From the NCBI GenBank assembly GCA_963840455.1, contig CAWIYV010000001.1:224001-288000 (forward strand): a DNA stretch of 64,000 bases, written 5' to 3'. Origin of the DNA: Nitrospirota bacterium. GTDB lineage: Bacteria; Nitrospirota; UBA9217. The position numbers and the translations under genes were made by a program. Position 1 is the first letter of the stretch. The number at the start of each line of letters is the position of its first letter. Shown here piece after piece: positions 1 through 11,069 of the stretch. The notes under the pieces were generated by a model. It was not told the DNA's origin and ran no database searches. It worked only from the letters and a program-made list of their open reading frames with translations.

Positions 1-1
1 C

Positions 2-637
2 CTCTTCGACATCGCGGAGCTTGCCCGGAACCACTTCATCCCGGTCATCTTTCGCAGAAAGCTGGAAGCAATCGTTATTGAAAAGATCCCCTCCCTCGCG
101 CTGGGCGTTAAAAAAACCCTGGCCAGGGTCGCCGGGGGGGAGATCCTGCTCGCATTGATCAAGGACGGATACCCGGACGTGGTGAAGAACTGTCTGGAGA
201 ACCCCCATCTCGTGGAAGCCCACCTCTACAAGATCATCAGCCACAAGACGACCACCCCCGGGACCATCCGGACCATCGCCGAGGACCGGAACTGGTCCTG
301 CCGCTACCATGTCAAGTTCGCCCTGATCCGCAACGCACACACACCCCTTGCCCGGACCGTCCTGTTCCTGCCGGACCTCAAGCTCCTCGACCTGAAAGAG
401 CTTTACCGGGACCCATTGCTGCCGCATGAGGTGCGGCCCTTCATCCACCGCGAGCTGGTGGAACGCGGTGAGGACCCCGAGCACCTCGGTCGGGATGAAG
501 CTGAGCGCATCTTCGAGATTGAGGAGAGCGACCTCGCGGACATTGAGAGGGAAATGCAGCAGTATGAGAACGGTGAAGCCCGGTCCGAGGGGCCGGTGCG
601 TCCGGCTGGCGACAAGGAAGGGCCTGAGGGACCTTGA
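2..637 (+). CDS. Conserved hypothetical helical-repeat-like protein, 5' truncated by the window edge
   Basis: Frame is open from position 2 (LFDIAELARNHF...) through the 155..637 ORF; helical pattern ALIRNAHTP; acidic C-terminal tail. Confidence 0.6.
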   Translation, partial: LFDIAELARNHFIPVIFRRKLEAIVIEKIPSLALGVKKTLARVAGGEILLALIKDGYPDVVKNCLENPHLVEAHLYKIISHKTTTPGTIRTIAEDRNWSCRYHVKFALIRNAHTPLARTVLFLPDLKLLDLKELYRDPLLPHEVRPFIHRELVERGEDPEHLGRDEAERIFEIEESDLADIEREMQQYENGEARSEGPVRPAGDKEGPEGP

Positions 638-672
638 CCACGCCTGCCCGGGACCGATGGCCGCAGGCCAGG

Positions 673-1794
673 TCATTGTCGGAGAAGCCTGAGAAGCCAC
701 CCCTGCCCCACCGTTATGGCGCCCTGGGGGCAGAACTCCTGGCAGCAGAAACAGCGTATACACCTCCGGTAATCAATGCGAAGCTTCCCGCCACCGGCGA
801 TCGCCTGCTGGGGACAGTCGTTCTGACATATCCCGCATTGAACGCAATTATGATGATCGATGACCGGCCGCGTCGTCAGCGCGTCCTTGAACCCCCTGCG
901 CGCCCACTCCGGGAGCCGCCACTCGGTGTGCTCCCGCGGAGGAAGCTTGAAGTTCGGGACCACAACGCCTGACAGGTCCTCCCCGAGGACCTGGATATTC
1001 TCCTGGCTCGACGTTCCGATCCCGGCCTTCGAAGCCGCCCTGATCACGGGAAGGTCATCCGGGGAGAGTCCAATGACCAACCCTGATACTACATCGAGGG
1101 CAACGGGGTCCTGACCCGCAAGGACAACGCCAATCCTGCGCGGGTCGCCGCTTCCCGGCCCGTTCCCTTCCATTCCCACAACGGCATCCATGACCGTGAG
1201 CCGGGGTTTGAGCAGGGACGATAGATCGACCAGCATGAGGGTGAACGAATCGTGGTCCACACCGGTGTTGAAGTGCCATTGCACTTTTCTTTTTCCCGGC
1301 ACACATCCGAAGAGGTTCTTGACCGCTCCGGTAAGGACCGTCATACCATGGGTCTTCAGCTTAGGGAGATTGATGATCGCATCTGCTTCGATGGCCGCGC
1401 GGGCGATCTCGAAGCGCTGGAATCTGCCCCGCCCTTTGACGGAAACCGCTTCGTCGAACTCGGCGAGGGCCGCACCCTCCTGTTCGATGACAGCAAGGAT
1501 GCCGGACCTCTCGGCGACCGCGCGAAGATCACCGATGCCGGGGCTGTCTCCCACAAGAGCCAGCGCCCCTGCCTGATGGACAAGCCGTATCACCGCCCGT
1601 ACGATCTCGGGGTGTGTCGTGACCGCGTCTGAGGGAGGCCGGCCCTTCAGAAGATTGGGCTTGATCAGCACCCGTTCGCCAGACCTGATGAACGATCCCA
1701 TCCCGCCCAGCAGATCAACCGAGCGTCTGACCGCGACTTGGACCTTGTCCTGATCATAATCGTCGCACCTGACCAGAGATACCTGTGTCCTCAT
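673..1794 (-). CDS. DUF362-domain protein with C-terminal 2x[4Fe-4S] ferredoxin domain
   Basis: VLIKPN, TTHP, INLPKLKTH, GAVKNLFG motifs; CVQCGICQNDCP and CIRCFCCQEFCP; start MRTQVSL at 1794. Confidence 0.9.
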   Translation of the reverse strand: MRTQVSLVRCDDYDQDKVQVAVRRSVDLLGGMGSFIRSGERVLIKPNLLKGRPPSDAVTTHPEIVRAVIRLVHQAGALALVGDSPGIGDLRAVAERSGILAVIEQEGAALAEFDEAVSVKGRGRFQRFEIARAAIEADAIINLPKLKTHGMTVLTGAVKNLFGCVPGKRKVQWHFNTGVDHDSFTLMLVDLSSLLKPRLTVMDAVVGMEGNGPGSGDPRRIGVVLAGQDPVALDVVSGLVIGLSPDDLPVIRAASKAGIGTSSQENIQVLGEDLSGVVVPNFKLPPREHTEWRLPEWARRGFKDALTTRPVIDHHNCVQCGICQNDCPQQAIAGGGKLRIDYRRCIRCFCCQEFCPQGAITVGQGWLLRLLRQ

Positions 1795-1832
1795 CGGAGA
1801 TCCTCTCCTCTGATGGTCCTTTCCGTTTTGCA

Positions 1833-2618
1833 TTACGAACCGCGCTGGACCGCGCGGATCACATCCAGCATCTGATCATGGATCATGCCATTGCTGGCTA
1901 TGATCTCCTTATCATGGATGCTGAAGCGGGTGCCGGAAAAGTCCGAGACCTTCCCTCCAGCCTCCTGTACGATAAGGCTGCCTGCCGCCACATCCCAGGG
2001 ATGGAGCTTCAGTTCCCAGTAGCCATCCAGCCGTCCTGCGGCAAGGTTGCACAGATCGAGCGATGCGGCCCCGCTGCGGCGCACCTCCTGGGACACCATG
2101 ATGAGGGCATTGAAGAAGTTGAGGTTATTCTCTCTGCTCAGGACCCGGTCATAGGGAAAGCCTGTTGCGAGCAGGCTCCTGATAAGGACATCGTTCCGCG
2201 ATACGGCGATTGGCCGGCTGTTGAGAAAAGAACCTGCCCCTTTGACGGCGGAGAACAGCTCGTCCCGCATGGGGTCGTAGACAATGCCCAGCAAGATTTC
2301 TCCATTGCGTTCAAGTCCTATGGAGACCGAAAAGCTCGGATAGCCGTGCGCGTAGTTCGTCGTTCCGTCAAGCGGATCGATAACCCAAAGGAAACCGGAG
2401 TTGCTCTCCACCCTGGACCCTTCTTCTGCGAGGATTCCGTGTCCGGGAAATGCCTTGAGGATCGTCGCGACAACGGTCTTTTCCGAGAGCCGGTCCATCT
2501 CCGTGACCATGTTGATCTCGCCCTTGTAGGAGATGTCACGGGTTCCGTTCACGTTGTCCTTCAATATCCTGCCTGCTCTAAGAGCGGCAGCTTTTGCGAC
2601 CTCAAGGTACGTCCGCAT
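1833..2618 (-). CDS. suhB: Inositol monophosphatase family protein
   Basis: AEEG, WVIDPLDGTTNYAHG and WDVAAG signatures. Confidence 0.93.
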   Translation of the reverse strand: MRTYLEVAKAAALRAGRILKDNVNGTRDISYKGEINMVTEMDRLSEKTVVATILKAFPGHGILAEEGSRVESNSGFLWVIDPLDGTTNYAHGYPSFSVSIGLERNGEILLGIVYDPMRDELFSAVKGAGSFLNSRPIAVSRNDVLIRSLLATGFPYDRVLSRENNLNFFNALIMVSQEVRRSGAASLDLCNLAAGRLDGYWELKLHPWDVAAGSLIVQEAGGKVSDFSGTRFSIHDKEIIASNGMIHDQMLDVIRAVQRGS

Positions 2619-2725
2619 GCATCCTCCCTACCGTTCGGGCTCATTTTACCACGTTCCGTCCCTTTTCCATGAGCCCTTTCTCCGCTGATACCGCTACGTC
2701 TGCCGGAGAAAATTGCCTTTCAAAC

Positions 2726-2754
2726 AAAAAGAGCAGGGCATAAATGCCCTGCTC
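2726..2754 (-). terminator. Rho-independent terminator after the HTH gene
   Basis: GAGCAGGGCAT-aa-ATGCCCTGCTC hairpin followed by a T run on the minus strand. Confidence 0.75.
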
Positions 2755-2815
2755 ACTATCGTTGATAAAGCGTTTAACGATTATGCTGATGAAGCCCTTA
2801 GTTGGACCGTAGAGG

Positions 2816-3004
2816 TTACTGGACGACCCTATTCATCTCAACACCAAGGTAGTCTGCGAGAAGCTTCACGGTCCTCGGCTTCATCGTGATCCCTTTGAGT
2901 GTCCTCGAAACGGTCACCTTGTGGATGCCGAGCTTATCGGCAATCTCCGTGTAGCTCAAACCCTTTTCCAACCGCTTTTTTTCCAAGACTTCGATGTTAT
3001 ACAT
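2816..3004 (-). CDS. Small XRE/Cro-type helix-turn-helix protein
   Basis: 62 aa with KGLSYTEIADKLGIHKVTVSRTL; SD GAGGTG upstream. Confidence 0.85.
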   Translation of the reverse strand: MYNIEVLEKKRLEKGLSYTEIADKLGIHKVTVSRTLKGITMKPRTVKLLADYLGVEMNRVVQ

Positions 3005-3226
3005 TAGGCCACCTCGCTTTCAAGAAGCATTGCGCCATAAAATCCTGAAATGCAATAATCTATAATTACGGTTATTATTATAGCACAGGAACTTGCAAGA
3101 ACAAGCATAAACAAAGATATATTTTGCAACTTTTTGACATCATGTTTTGATAAATAAAACCGATACTATCCTTAATTTAACAATACTGTTACGATACTTC
3201 ACATCTTGAGCATTTATGAATGTCTG

Positions 3227-4063
3227 CTATTTGGCGCTCCATCGATGGGGCCGATGACAGGTTATGCAATTTTTTCCCGTGTGATGCACATTCCTGGCGT
3301 TCAGGACCTCCTGTGTATGGCACCGCAGGCAGTCTCCGTCTACAGGTTTGATGCGGGTATGCGGTTTATGGCATTCGTAACAATTGAGCCGAGCCATGGG
3401 GACCTTAGGCGGGAATGAGGTCCGGGATGAAGAACGGTGGCAACTCAGACATCGCTCGCGGTCAGGAATGAACCCGCCGGGCTTTTTCGGTGAAAAGGGA
3501 TGACACATCATGCAGGACGCATCTTCCATCCCCATTCCGTGGATCTTCCAGTCCTTATGGCATCGCAGACACGCGTCCTTCTCAGGGCGGAATGAATGAA
3601 CCGTTCGCTGGTGGCAGTCTTTGCAGGCAAGTTTCTCGACATTGATGTGACGGGCATGTCCCGTTGACTTGTTCACTGAGATGGCACCTTGTGCGACGTT
3701 GTCCCAATGGCACTTCACGCAGGTCTTCCAGGGGGTAGCTTCGCCGTGAGGCTCGGGAGTCTTCCTGTCGGTGGTGAAGACGAACTTGACCAGCAGCCGG
3801 TTCTGCTCAATGATGCCAAGCTGGTGGCACTCCTGGCAGACGATATTACGGTGCCCGGACAGTTTCCAGGCGGTGTACGCCTCTTCCATCAGGTGGCAGC
3901 TGCTGCAGAATTCAGGATTCTTCTGGATATACGTATAATAACGGATAGCGAGGACAATGCCGAGGATGCAGATAATGAGCAGGATCGAGACCAGAATGGT
4001 CTTTTCGCGGGGACTGAGCCCGCGATCGAGCTTATCGAACAGGTTTTCGAGGAATTTGATCAT
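3227..4063 (-). CDS. Membrane-anchored decaheme c-type cytochrome (NapC/NirT-like N-terminus)
   Basis: N-terminal TM helix; ten CxxCH motifs counted; FCSSCHLM...W..S.H pattern. Confidence 0.88.
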   Translation of the reverse strand: MIKFLENLFDKLDRGLSPREKTILVSILLIICILGIVLAIRYYTYIQKNPEFCSSCHLMEEAYTAWKLSGHRNIVCQECHQLGIIEQNRLLVKFVFTTDRKTPEPHGEATPWKTCVKCHWDNVAQGAISVNKSTGHARHINVEKLACKDCHQRTVHSFRPEKDACLRCHKDWKIHGMGMEDASCMMCHPFSPKKPGGFIPDRERCLSCHRSSSRTSFPPKVPMARLNCYECHKPHTRIKPVDGDCLRCHTQEVLNARNVHHTGKNCITCHRPHRWSAK

Positions 4064-4105
4064 CCTGAATGAACAATATAAACGAAGGCGACTACCTGCC
4101 GGGTA

Positions 4106-5119
4106 CTACTTGATCAGGTGCTCAGCGATCTGCACTGCGTTCAGCGCGGCGCCTTTCCTGAGATTGTCTGATACGATCCAGATGTTCAGACCGTTCGGAA
4201 CGGTCTCATCCTCCCGTATCCTCCCTACATATACTTCATCCTTCCCGGAAACATCCAGCTGGAGAGGATAGAGGTTACGGGACGGGTCATCGTACACGAT
4301 GACCCCGGGGAACTTGGAGAGCACTGCCCTGGCCTCGTTCGCACCAAGCTTTGTGCCGGTCTCGATATTGACGGACTCCGCATGGCATCGGAACACGGGA
4401 ACGCGGACCGTGGTGGCGGTCAGCCGGATGGCGTCGTCCTCCATGATCTTCCGTGTCTCATTCACCATCTTCATCTCTTCCCTGGTGTAACCGTTCTCGA
4501 GGAATCCGTCGATGTGCGGCAGGCAGTTGAATGCTATCTGGTGCGGATAGACCTTCGTCTCGATATCCTTGAAGTTAAGGAGCGCCACGGTCTGGCTCGC
4601 GAGCTCGTCAATGGCCTCTTTCCCCGTTCCCGATACGGACTGGAACGTCGTGACCACGACCCGCTTGACCTTCGCCGCATCGTGGATCGGCTTGAGCGCC
4701 ATGAGGAGGCCGATGGTCGAACAGTTCGGGTTTGCAATGATGCCGGCATGCTTCTCCAGGGAATGGGCATTGATCTCGGGGACCACCAGCGGCACCTGCG
4801 GATCCATCCGGAATGCGCTGGAATTGTCGATCACCACTGCACCTGCTGCAACGGCAACAGGAGCGAACTTGAGACTACGCTCGCTCCCTGCTGAGAACAA
4901 GGCGATATCCACGCCTTTGAAAGAATCTTTCGCGAGCTTCCTGGAGGGAAGGTTCTTGCCGCGGAACTCGATCCGCTCACCTTCCGAACGTTCCGATGCG
5001 AGCAGGACCATTTCGGATATCGGGAAGTTCCGTTCGTCGAGGATGGACACCATCTCCCGACCTACGGCCCCGGTCGCTCCGACAACGGCAACGACATATT
5101 TGCTTTTTTTCTCGAGCAT
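4106..5119 (-). CDS. asd: Aspartate-semialdehyde dehydrogenase (AsdB/USG-type)
   Basis: GATGAVG, IANPNCST, QSVSGTG and DNLRKGAALN motifs. Confidence 0.93.
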   Translation of the reverse strand: MLEKKSKYVVAVVGATGAVGREMVSILDERNFPISEMVLLASERSEGERIEFRGKNLPSRKLAKDSFKGVDIALFSAGSERSLKFAPVAVAAGAVVIDNSSAFRMDPQVPLVVPEINAHSLEKHAGIIANPNCSTIGLLMALKPIHDAAKVKRVVVTTFQSVSGTGKEAIDELASQTVALLNFKDIETKVYPHQIAFNCLPHIDGFLENGYTREEMKMVNETRKIMEDDAIRLTATTVRVPVFRCHAESVNIETGTKLGANEARAVLSKFPGVIVYDDPSRNLYPLQLDVSGKDEVYVGRIREDETVPNGLNIWIVSDNLRKGAALNAVQIAEHLIK

Positions 5120-5125
5120 TGAACG

Positions 5126-6238
5126 CTACGTTTCCACAACGATCCGGAGCATTCTCCGGAGAGGCTCAGCAGCACCCCACAGGAGCTGATCACCGCAGGT
5201 GAAGGCGTTCAGAAACATCGGCCCCATGTTCATCTTGCGCAAGCGTCCGATCGGCACGGTGAGAGTGCCGGTAATCGCAGCAGGGGTAAGCTCCTTAACG
5301 GTGATCTCCCGCACGTTCGGCACGACCTTCACCCACTTGTTGTGCTTCGCGATCATGTCGGTGATCTCGCTCAACGGCACATCCTTCTTCATTTTGATCG
5401 TCAGCGCCTGGCTGTGGCACCGCATGGCGCCGACGCGCACACAGGTGCCGTCGATCGGAACAGGATTGTTCTCCCGGCCCAGGATCTTGTTCGTCTCTGC
5501 CTGGCCCTTCCACTCTTCCTTGCTCTGGCCATTCTCAAGCTGTTTGTCGATCCACGGGATTACAGAACAAGCCAGCGGAACACCGAAGAACTCCTTCGGA
5601 TATGCATCGGACCGAACATGCTCGGACACCTTCCGGTCGATGTCGAGAATGGCGCCTGCGGGGTCGTCAAGCAGCGTCTTGACCGAAGCATGGGCCGACC
5701 CCATCTGCTTGAGCAATTCACGCATATTGTTCGCGCCCGCGCCGGAAGCGGCCTGGTATGTCATGGCGCTCATCCATTCGACGAGGTCCCGCTCGTACAG
5801 ACCGCCCAGCGCCATCAGCATAAGCGATACCGTGCAGTTGCCGCCGATGTAGTTCTTGATGCCTTTTGCCATGCCAGCCTTGATCACCTTCATGTTGACC
5901 GGATCAAGGATGATGATGGAATCGTTCGTCATGCGAAGCGTTGACGCCGCGTCAATCCAGTAGCCCTTCCAGCCTGCCTCACGAAGTTTGGGATACACTT
6001 CCGTCGTATAGTCGCCGCCCTGGCAGGAGATGATAGCGTCCAGCTTCTTCAGCTCGTCGATGCTCTTCGCGTCCTTGAGCGCAGGAACGTCCTTGCCGAT
6101 GCTCGGCCCCTTGCCTCCCACATTCGACGTGGTAAAGAACACCGGATCAATGAGATCGAAGTCCTTCTCTTCCTTCATTCGGCCCATGAGCACCGAGCCC
6201 ACCATACCGCGCCAACCGATAAAGCCAACTCGCATCAT
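5126..6238 (-). CDS. asd: Aspartate-semialdehyde dehydrogenase (E. coli type)
   Basis: [25 protein letters not shown] and [11 protein letters not shown] motifs. Confidence 0.96.
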   Translation of the reverse strand: MMRVGFIGWRGMVGSVLMGRMKEEKDFDLIDPVFFTTSNVGGKGPSIGKDVPALKDAKSIDELKKLDAIISCQGGDYTTEVYPKLREAGWKGYWIDAASTLRMTNDSIIILDPVNMKVIKAGMAKGIKNYIGGNCTVSLMLMALGGLYERDLVEWMSAMTYQAASGAGANNMRELLKQMGSAHASVKTLLDDPAGAILDIDRKVSEHVRSDAYPKEFFGVPLACSVIPWIDKQLENGQSKEEWKGQAETNKILGRENNPVPIDGTCVRVGAMRCHSQALTIKMKKDVPLSEITDMIAKHNKWVKVVPNVREITVKELTPAAITGTLTVPIGRLRKMNMGPMFLNAFTCGDQLLWGAAEPLRRMLRIVVET

Positions 6239-6266
6239 TATATTGCTCCTGCTTTTTTATTTGTAC

Positions 6267-6300
6267 ACTCGGAACTATGAACTTCGACCGTTGAACTGTT
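6267..6300. repeat. Degenerate heptamer tandem repeat between leuB and asd
   Basis: actcgga actatga acttcga ccgttga actgtt. Confidence 0.55.
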
Positions 6301-7377
6301 TTATACCAGCCCCGCCACCATGTCCCCCACTTCCGTCGTGGACATACCCATCTTGCCTGCTGCCTGGCTCTTCATCTTCTTCATGGTCGCGATCATCGCA
6401 TGTTCCACTGACTGGGAGGACTTCGTTTCGCCCAATGAATCGAGCATCATCATGGCTGCGCCTATGGCTGCCATCGGGTTAATGACATTCTGGCCGGCAT
6501 ACTTTGGCGCACTGCCGCCCATGGGCTCGAACATGGACACACCTTCGGGGTTGATGTTCCCGCCGGAAGCAACGCCGAGACCTCCCTGGATCATGGCGCC
6601 CAGGTCCGTGATGATGTCGCCGAAGAGATTCTCTGTCACGGCCACGTCGAACCATTCGGGGTTCTTCACGAACCACATATTCGCGGCATCAACGTGGTTA
6701 TAGTCGCGCTTGAGCTCGGGATACTGCTTCGCGCCCATTTCTTCGAAGGCGCGGAACCAGAGGTCGCCGCAATGGGTCAGCACGTTGCGCTTGTGGATGA
6801 GCGTGATCGGCTTGGCAGCGTATTTTGGATTCTGCGCATTTCTCTTCTTCTTGAGCTCGAAGGCATACTTCAGGCATCGGTCCACGGTGCGTCGGTCATA
6901 GACCATGAGCTGCGTGGCGATCTCATCTGGCGTTCCCACACGCGTCGCACCGCCATGGCCTGTGTAGATGCCGCCGGTGTTCTCCCGGATCACGACGAAG
7001 TCGATATGCTCAGGCCCCTTGTCCTTAAGCGGCGTCTCCACGTTCGGATAGAGCTTCACCGGCCGCAGATTGATGTACTGGTCCAGGCTGAAGCGGATCT
7101 TGAGCAGGATGCCGGTCTCGAGGATGCCGGGCTTGACGTCAGGATGGCCGATGGCCCCGAGGAACAGGGAATCGAACTTCCTGAACTCGCCGATGGCGCT
7201 GTCCGGAAGGGTCTCACCGGTCTTCAAATAGCGCGCACCGCCGAAATCGAATTCCGTGAACTCGAGCTTAAAGCCACCCTTGGCGGCTGCGGCCCTCAGG
7301 ACCTTTAGTGCCTCACGGACCACCTCGGGACCGGTGCCGTCACCGGGGATCGTTGCGATATGAAAGGTTTTCGCCAT
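6301..7377 (-). CDS. leuB: 3-isopropylmalate dehydrogenase
   Basis: PGDGTGPEV, RENT, NLFGDIITD and FEPMGGSAP motifs; leu operon context. Confidence 0.93.
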   Translation of the reverse strand: MAKTFHIATIPGDGTGPEVVREALKVLRAAAAKGGFKLEFTEFDFGGARYLKTGETLPDSAIGEFRKFDSLFLGAIGHPDVKPGILETGILLKIRFSLDQYINLRPVKLYPNVETPLKDKGPEHIDFVVIRENTGGIYTGHGGATRVGTPDEIATQLMVYDRRTVDRCLKYAFELKKKRNAQNPKYAAKPITLIHKRNVLTHCGDLWFRAFEEMGAKQYPELKRDYNHVDAANMWFVKNPEWFDVAVTENLFGDIITDLGAMIQGGLGVASGGNINPEGVSMFEPMGGSAPKYAGQNVINPMAAIGAAMMMLDSLGETKSSQSVEHAMIATMKKMKSQAAGKMGMSTTEVGDMVAGLV

Positions 7378-7424
7378 GGTCGATGCTTCCTCTCAAATAG
7401 GGAGATCATAGAGCACGTGCATGC

Positions 7425-7631
7425 TCAATCCTTCTTTTTTCTCATGCCGCAGTTGTTCGTCCGCATCTCGGCGCACTTGTCGTCGCCGGGCAAGAAGCCA
7501 AGCCCGCAGACATGTCGCAACGGTTCGGAAGACGGGGAAAATGACGCGTCGAGGTTCTTGCTGTAGTAAACGCAGGGGACGCAGAGGGAATCGATGTGAT
7601 CCTGGTTATTGCCCGGCTGGAGCGTTTTCAT
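7425..7631 (-). CDS. Small Cys-rich hypothetical protein (68 aa)
   Basis: Fills the leuD-leuB gap on the operon strand; CVPC plus three more Cys. Confidence 0.5.
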   Translation of the reverse strand: MKTLQPGNNQDHIDSLCVPCVYYSKNLDASFSPSSEPLRHVCGLGFLPGDDKCAEMRTNNCGMRKKKD

Positions 7632-7652
7632 CAGCTTGAAGCACGCTGTCAA

Positions 7653-8150
7653 TTACAGGCCTGCCTTCTTCTTTGTATATGCCATGAGTCCGCCGGCCGC
7701 GATCAGCTCCTGCATGAAGGGCGGCACCGGTACGACCGTGAAGGTCTTGTTCGATGTAATATTGCGGATCACGCCGGCGTCTGCGTCTACCTCGACCTGG
7801 TCGCCCTCCTTGATGCCCTCGACGGCTTCGATGCTCTCGAAGATAGGGAGCCCCATGTTGAAACAGTTCCGGTAGAAGATCCGGGCAAAGCTCTTCGCGA
7901 CCACGCAGGATACCCCTGCCGCCTTGATGGCGATGGGCGCGTGCTCGCGGGACGAACCGCAGCCGAAGTTCTTGTCCGCCACCATGATGTCCCCGGGCTG
8001 CATTCTCTTCATGAAGTCGGGGGTGGTCGAATCCTCCATGCAGTGTTTCGCCAGTTCCTTCGGGTCCGAGGTGTTCAGATACCGCGCCGGGATGATGGCA
8101 TCCGTGTCGACGTCAGCGCCGAACTTCCATGCTTTGCCTTTGAATTTCAT
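7653..8150 (-). CDS. leuD: 3-isopropylmalate dehydratase small subunit
   Basis: DTDAIIP, NFGCGSSREHA and SFARIFYRN motifs. Confidence 0.96.
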   Translation of the reverse strand: MKFKGKAWKFGADVDTDAIIPARYLNTSDPKELAKHCMEDSTTPDFMKRMQPGDIMVADKNFGCGSSREHAPIAIKAAGVSCVVAKSFARIFYRNCFNMGLPIFESIEAVEGIKEGDQVEVDADAGVIRNITSNKTFTVVPVPPFMQELIAAGGLMAYTKKKAGL

Positions 8151-8167
8151 GAGAGAACCTCATATCA

Positions 8168-8239
8168 GCCACAGAGAGCACGGAGACCACAGAGAACATT
8201 ACAACATGGTTTTCTCGGTATCCTCGAGCCCTCGGCGGC
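8168..8239. repeat. Inverted nonamer-repeat hairpin between leuC and leuD
   Basis: ccacagaga gcacggaga ccacagaga ... ttctcggta tcctcgagc cctcggcgg. Confidence 0.7.
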
Positions 8240-8245
8240 AAAAAG

Positions 8246-9505
8246 TTATTTCAATTCTTCCGGCCGCCCGATCCTTCCGAGCACTGCCGATGCCGCGGCG
8301 ATGGCCGGGCTGGAGAGATACACTTCGCTCTTGGGGCTGCCCATCCTGCCGACGAAGTTCCGGTTCGTTGTCGTGATGGCCGTCTCCCCGGCCGCCAGGA
8401 TCCCCATGTGCCCCCCGAGGCAGGGGCCGCAGGTCGGTGTGCTGAAAGCCGCGCCGGCATCAATGAAGACGTCCACGAGACCTTCCTTGATGGACTGCTT
8501 GTACACATCCTGCGTTGCCGGGATAACGATCATCCTGACGTAGGGATGGACCTTGTGTCCTTTGATGACCTTGGCCGCCTCGCGCATGTCCTCGATCCTG
8601 CCGTTCGTGCAGGACCCCACCACGGACTGGTCGATGTTCACCGAAGCCACTTCGCTCACCGGCTTCACGTTCTCCGGGAGATGCGGGCAGGCGACCTGTG
8701 GTTCCATGCCCGTAAGGTCGTACTCCCGCACGTCGACATAGTTCGCCTTCCTGTCGCTCTTGTAGAACTTGTATTTGCGGCGTGCGCGCTTCGCAACGTA
8801 CTTCTCTGTGATCTCGTCCGGCTCGATAATGCCGTTCTTGCCGCCGGCTTCGATGGCCATGTTGCAGATCGTGAGCCTGCCGGACATCGGCAGCTTCTTG
8901 ATTGCCTCACCGGCGAACTCCATGGCCCGGTAAAGCGCCCCGTCCACGCCGATGTCGCCGATGGTGCGCAGGATGATGTCCTTGCCTCCCACCCACCTGC
9001 CGGGCTTCCCCGTGTAGACGAATTTCATGCTCTCGGGAACCTTGAACCATGCCTCGCCCGTGATCATGGCCGCGGCCACGTCAGTGCTGCCTACGCCGGT
9101 GGAGAATGCGCCGAGACCGCCATAGGTGCACGTATGGCTGTCTGCGCCAATCACCACGTCGCCCGGCACCACGATGCCCTGCTCCGGCAGGAGGGCATGC
9201 TCGATGCCCATCCTGCCCACCTCGAAATAGAGCGAGAGGTGATGCTCACGAGAGAACTGGCGGAGCATATTGCACTGCTCGGCCGATGCAATGTCCTTGT
9301 TCGGCGCGAAATGGTCAGGGATCAGCGCGATCCGGTCGGGATCGAACACCTTTGTTGCCCCGGCTGCGCGGAACTCCTTGATCGAAATGGGCGCGGTGAT
9401 GTCGTTCGCAAGCACGACATCAAGCTTTGCGTTGATCAGTTCGCCCGGTTTTACCTCTTTTTTGCCGCAGTGCGCGGCCAGGATCTTTTCCGTTATGGTC
9501 ATCAT
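8246..9505 (-). CDS. leuC: 3-isopropylmalate dehydratase large subunit
   Basis: [23 protein letters not shown] and TTNRNF motifs. Confidence 0.96.
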   Translation of the reverse strand: MMTITEKILAAHCGKKEVKPGELINAKLDVVLANDITAPISIKEFRAAGATKVFDPDRIALIPDHFAPNKDIASAEQCNMLRQFSREHHLSLYFEVGRMGIEHALLPEQGIVVPGDVVIGADSHTCTYGGLGAFSTGVGSTDVAAAMITGEAWFKVPESMKFVYTGKPGRWVGGKDIILRTIGDIGVDGALYRAMEFAGEAIKKLPMSGRLTICNMAIEAGGKNGIIEPDEITEKYVAKRARRKYKFYKSDRKANYVDVREYDLTGMEPQVACPHLPENVKPVSEVASVNIDQSVVGSCTNGRIEDMREAAKVIKGHKVHPYVRMIVIPATQDVYKQSIKEGLVDVFIDAGAAFSTPTCGPCLGGHMGILAAGETAITTTNRNFVGRMGSPKSEVYLSSPAIAAASAVLGRIGRPEELK

Positions 9506-9539
9506 AGTTCGAAGAATATACAACATCCCCCAGGTGGTT

Positions 9540-11069
9540 TCAACTGCTTTTTGCCCTGCCCTTTTTCCAGTACTCGAGCTTGTTCAGGGCATTGACGTAG
9601 GCCTTGGCGCTGGCAACGATGATGTCGGTGTCGGCGCCGTGGCCCGCGACCTTCTTGCCTTGCTCCTCCACCTTTACCGTAACCTCGCCCAGGGCATCGG
9701 TGCCACCGGTGATGCCCTTCACGAGATAGGCGTCAAGCTTGCTCTTGGTGCCGGTCATCGCGGCGATCGTCCGGTAGGCGGCATCCACCGGCCCGTCTCC
9801 GGTCCCGGTCTGCTTCACGATCTTGCCATTGACCTCCATCTCGACAGTGGCGGTCGGCGTGATCCCCGTTCCGCCTTCGGCCTTGAGGTCCTTGAGCACA
9901 AAGACCTCGGTGATGTGCTGCACTTCGTCGGAAATGATGGCCTCAAGATCCTCGTCGAAAACCTCTTTCTTCTGGTCGGCGAGCCGCTTGAAGCGGTCAA
10001 AGGCCTTGTTGAGGTCACCTTCCGAAAGATCGTAGCCAATCTGCTTGAGCCGGTCGCGGAAGGCATGCCTTCCGGAATGCTTGCCAAGAACGAGGTTCGT
10101 TTTGACGAGCCCCACGGACTCGGGCCGCATGATCTCGTACGTCGTCCGCTCCTTGAGCAGGCCGTCCTGGTGAATGCCCGATTCATGGGCGAAGGCGTTG
10201 GCCCCCACGATGGCCTTGTTGGGCTGTACCGGAATGCCGGTGATCTTGGTCACGAGCCTGCTCGAGCGGGTGATCTCCTCGGTGTTGATCTTCGTGTCTG
10301 CACCGAAGAAGTCCTTCCGCGTGCGGAGCGCCATCACCACCTCTTCCATGGAGCAGTTCCCGGCGCGCTCGCCGATGCCGTTCACCGTGCACTCCACCTG
10401 GCCGGCGCCATTACGGATGGCGGCGATGGCGTTCGCCACGGCGAGGCCGAGATCATTGTGGCAATGGACCGAAATGACGGCCTTGTCGATGTTCCTGACC
10501 TTTTCCTTGACGCTCCTGATCAGCGCCCCGAATTCCTCGGGCATGGCATAGCCGACCGTGTCCGGGATGTTCACCGTGCTGGCACCTGCTTCGATGACCG
10601 CTTCCACGACCTCGTGGAGATAGGCAACATCGGTCCGCGTCGCGTCCATGGGGGAGAACTCAACGTCGTCAACATAGGAACGGGCATGCCTTACCATCTC
10701 GACGGAGCGCTTGAGCGCCTCGTCGCGCGATATCCGGTACTGGTGCTTGAGATGGATATCGGACGTCGAGTGGAAGGTATGGATGCGCCGTTTCGGAGCT
10801 TCCTTCAGCGCCTCCCAGGCCCGGTCAATGTCCTCCTTCTTGGCCCGAGCCAGGCTGCAGATGATCGGCCCTTCGACCTCGCTGCCGATGCGCTTGATGG
10901 ACTCGAAATCGCCGGGAGAGCTGATGGCGAAGCCGGCTTCGATGATGTCAACGCCGAGCCGTGCAAGCTGCTTTGCCAAGGTGATCTTTTCCTCGACGTT
11001 CATGCTCGCCCCGGGGGATTGTTCGCCGTCGCGGAGCGTGGTATCGAATATCTTAATGGTCCTGCTCAT
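9540..11069 (-). CDS. leuA: 2-isopropylmalate synthase
   Basis: [16 protein letters not shown] and HESGIHQDG motifs; C-terminal regulatory domain GDGPVDA. Confidence 0.96.
   Translation of the reverse strand: MSRTIKIFDTTLRDGEQSPGASMNVEEKITLAKQLARLGVDIIEAGFAISSPGDFESIKRIGSEVEGPIICSLARAKKEDIDRAWEALKEAPKRRIHTFHSTSDIHLKHQYRISRDEALKRSVEMVRHARSYVDDVEFSPMDATRTDVAYLHEVVEAVIEAGASTVNIPDTVGYAMPEEFGALIRSVKEKVRNIDKAVISVHCHNDLGLAVANAIAAIRNGAGQVECTVNGIGERAGNCSMEEVVMALRTRKDFFGADTKINTEEITRSSRLVTKITGIPVQPNKAIVGANAFAHESGIHQDGLLKERTTYEIMRPESVGLVKTNLVLGKHSGRHAFRDRLKQIGYDLSEGDLNKAFDRFKRLADQKKEVFDEDLEAIISDEVQHITEVFVLKDLKAEGGTGITPTATVEMEVNGKIVKQTGTGDGPVDAAYRTIAAMTGTKSKLDAYLVKGITGGTDALGEVTVKVEEQGKKVAGHGADTDIIVASAKAYVNALNKLEYWKKGRAKSS

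Noticed and set aside
4106-6238. Tandem asd genes as a recent duplication
   Set aside because: They belong to two anciently diverged Asd types, and the leuB-asd-asd/usg order is known.
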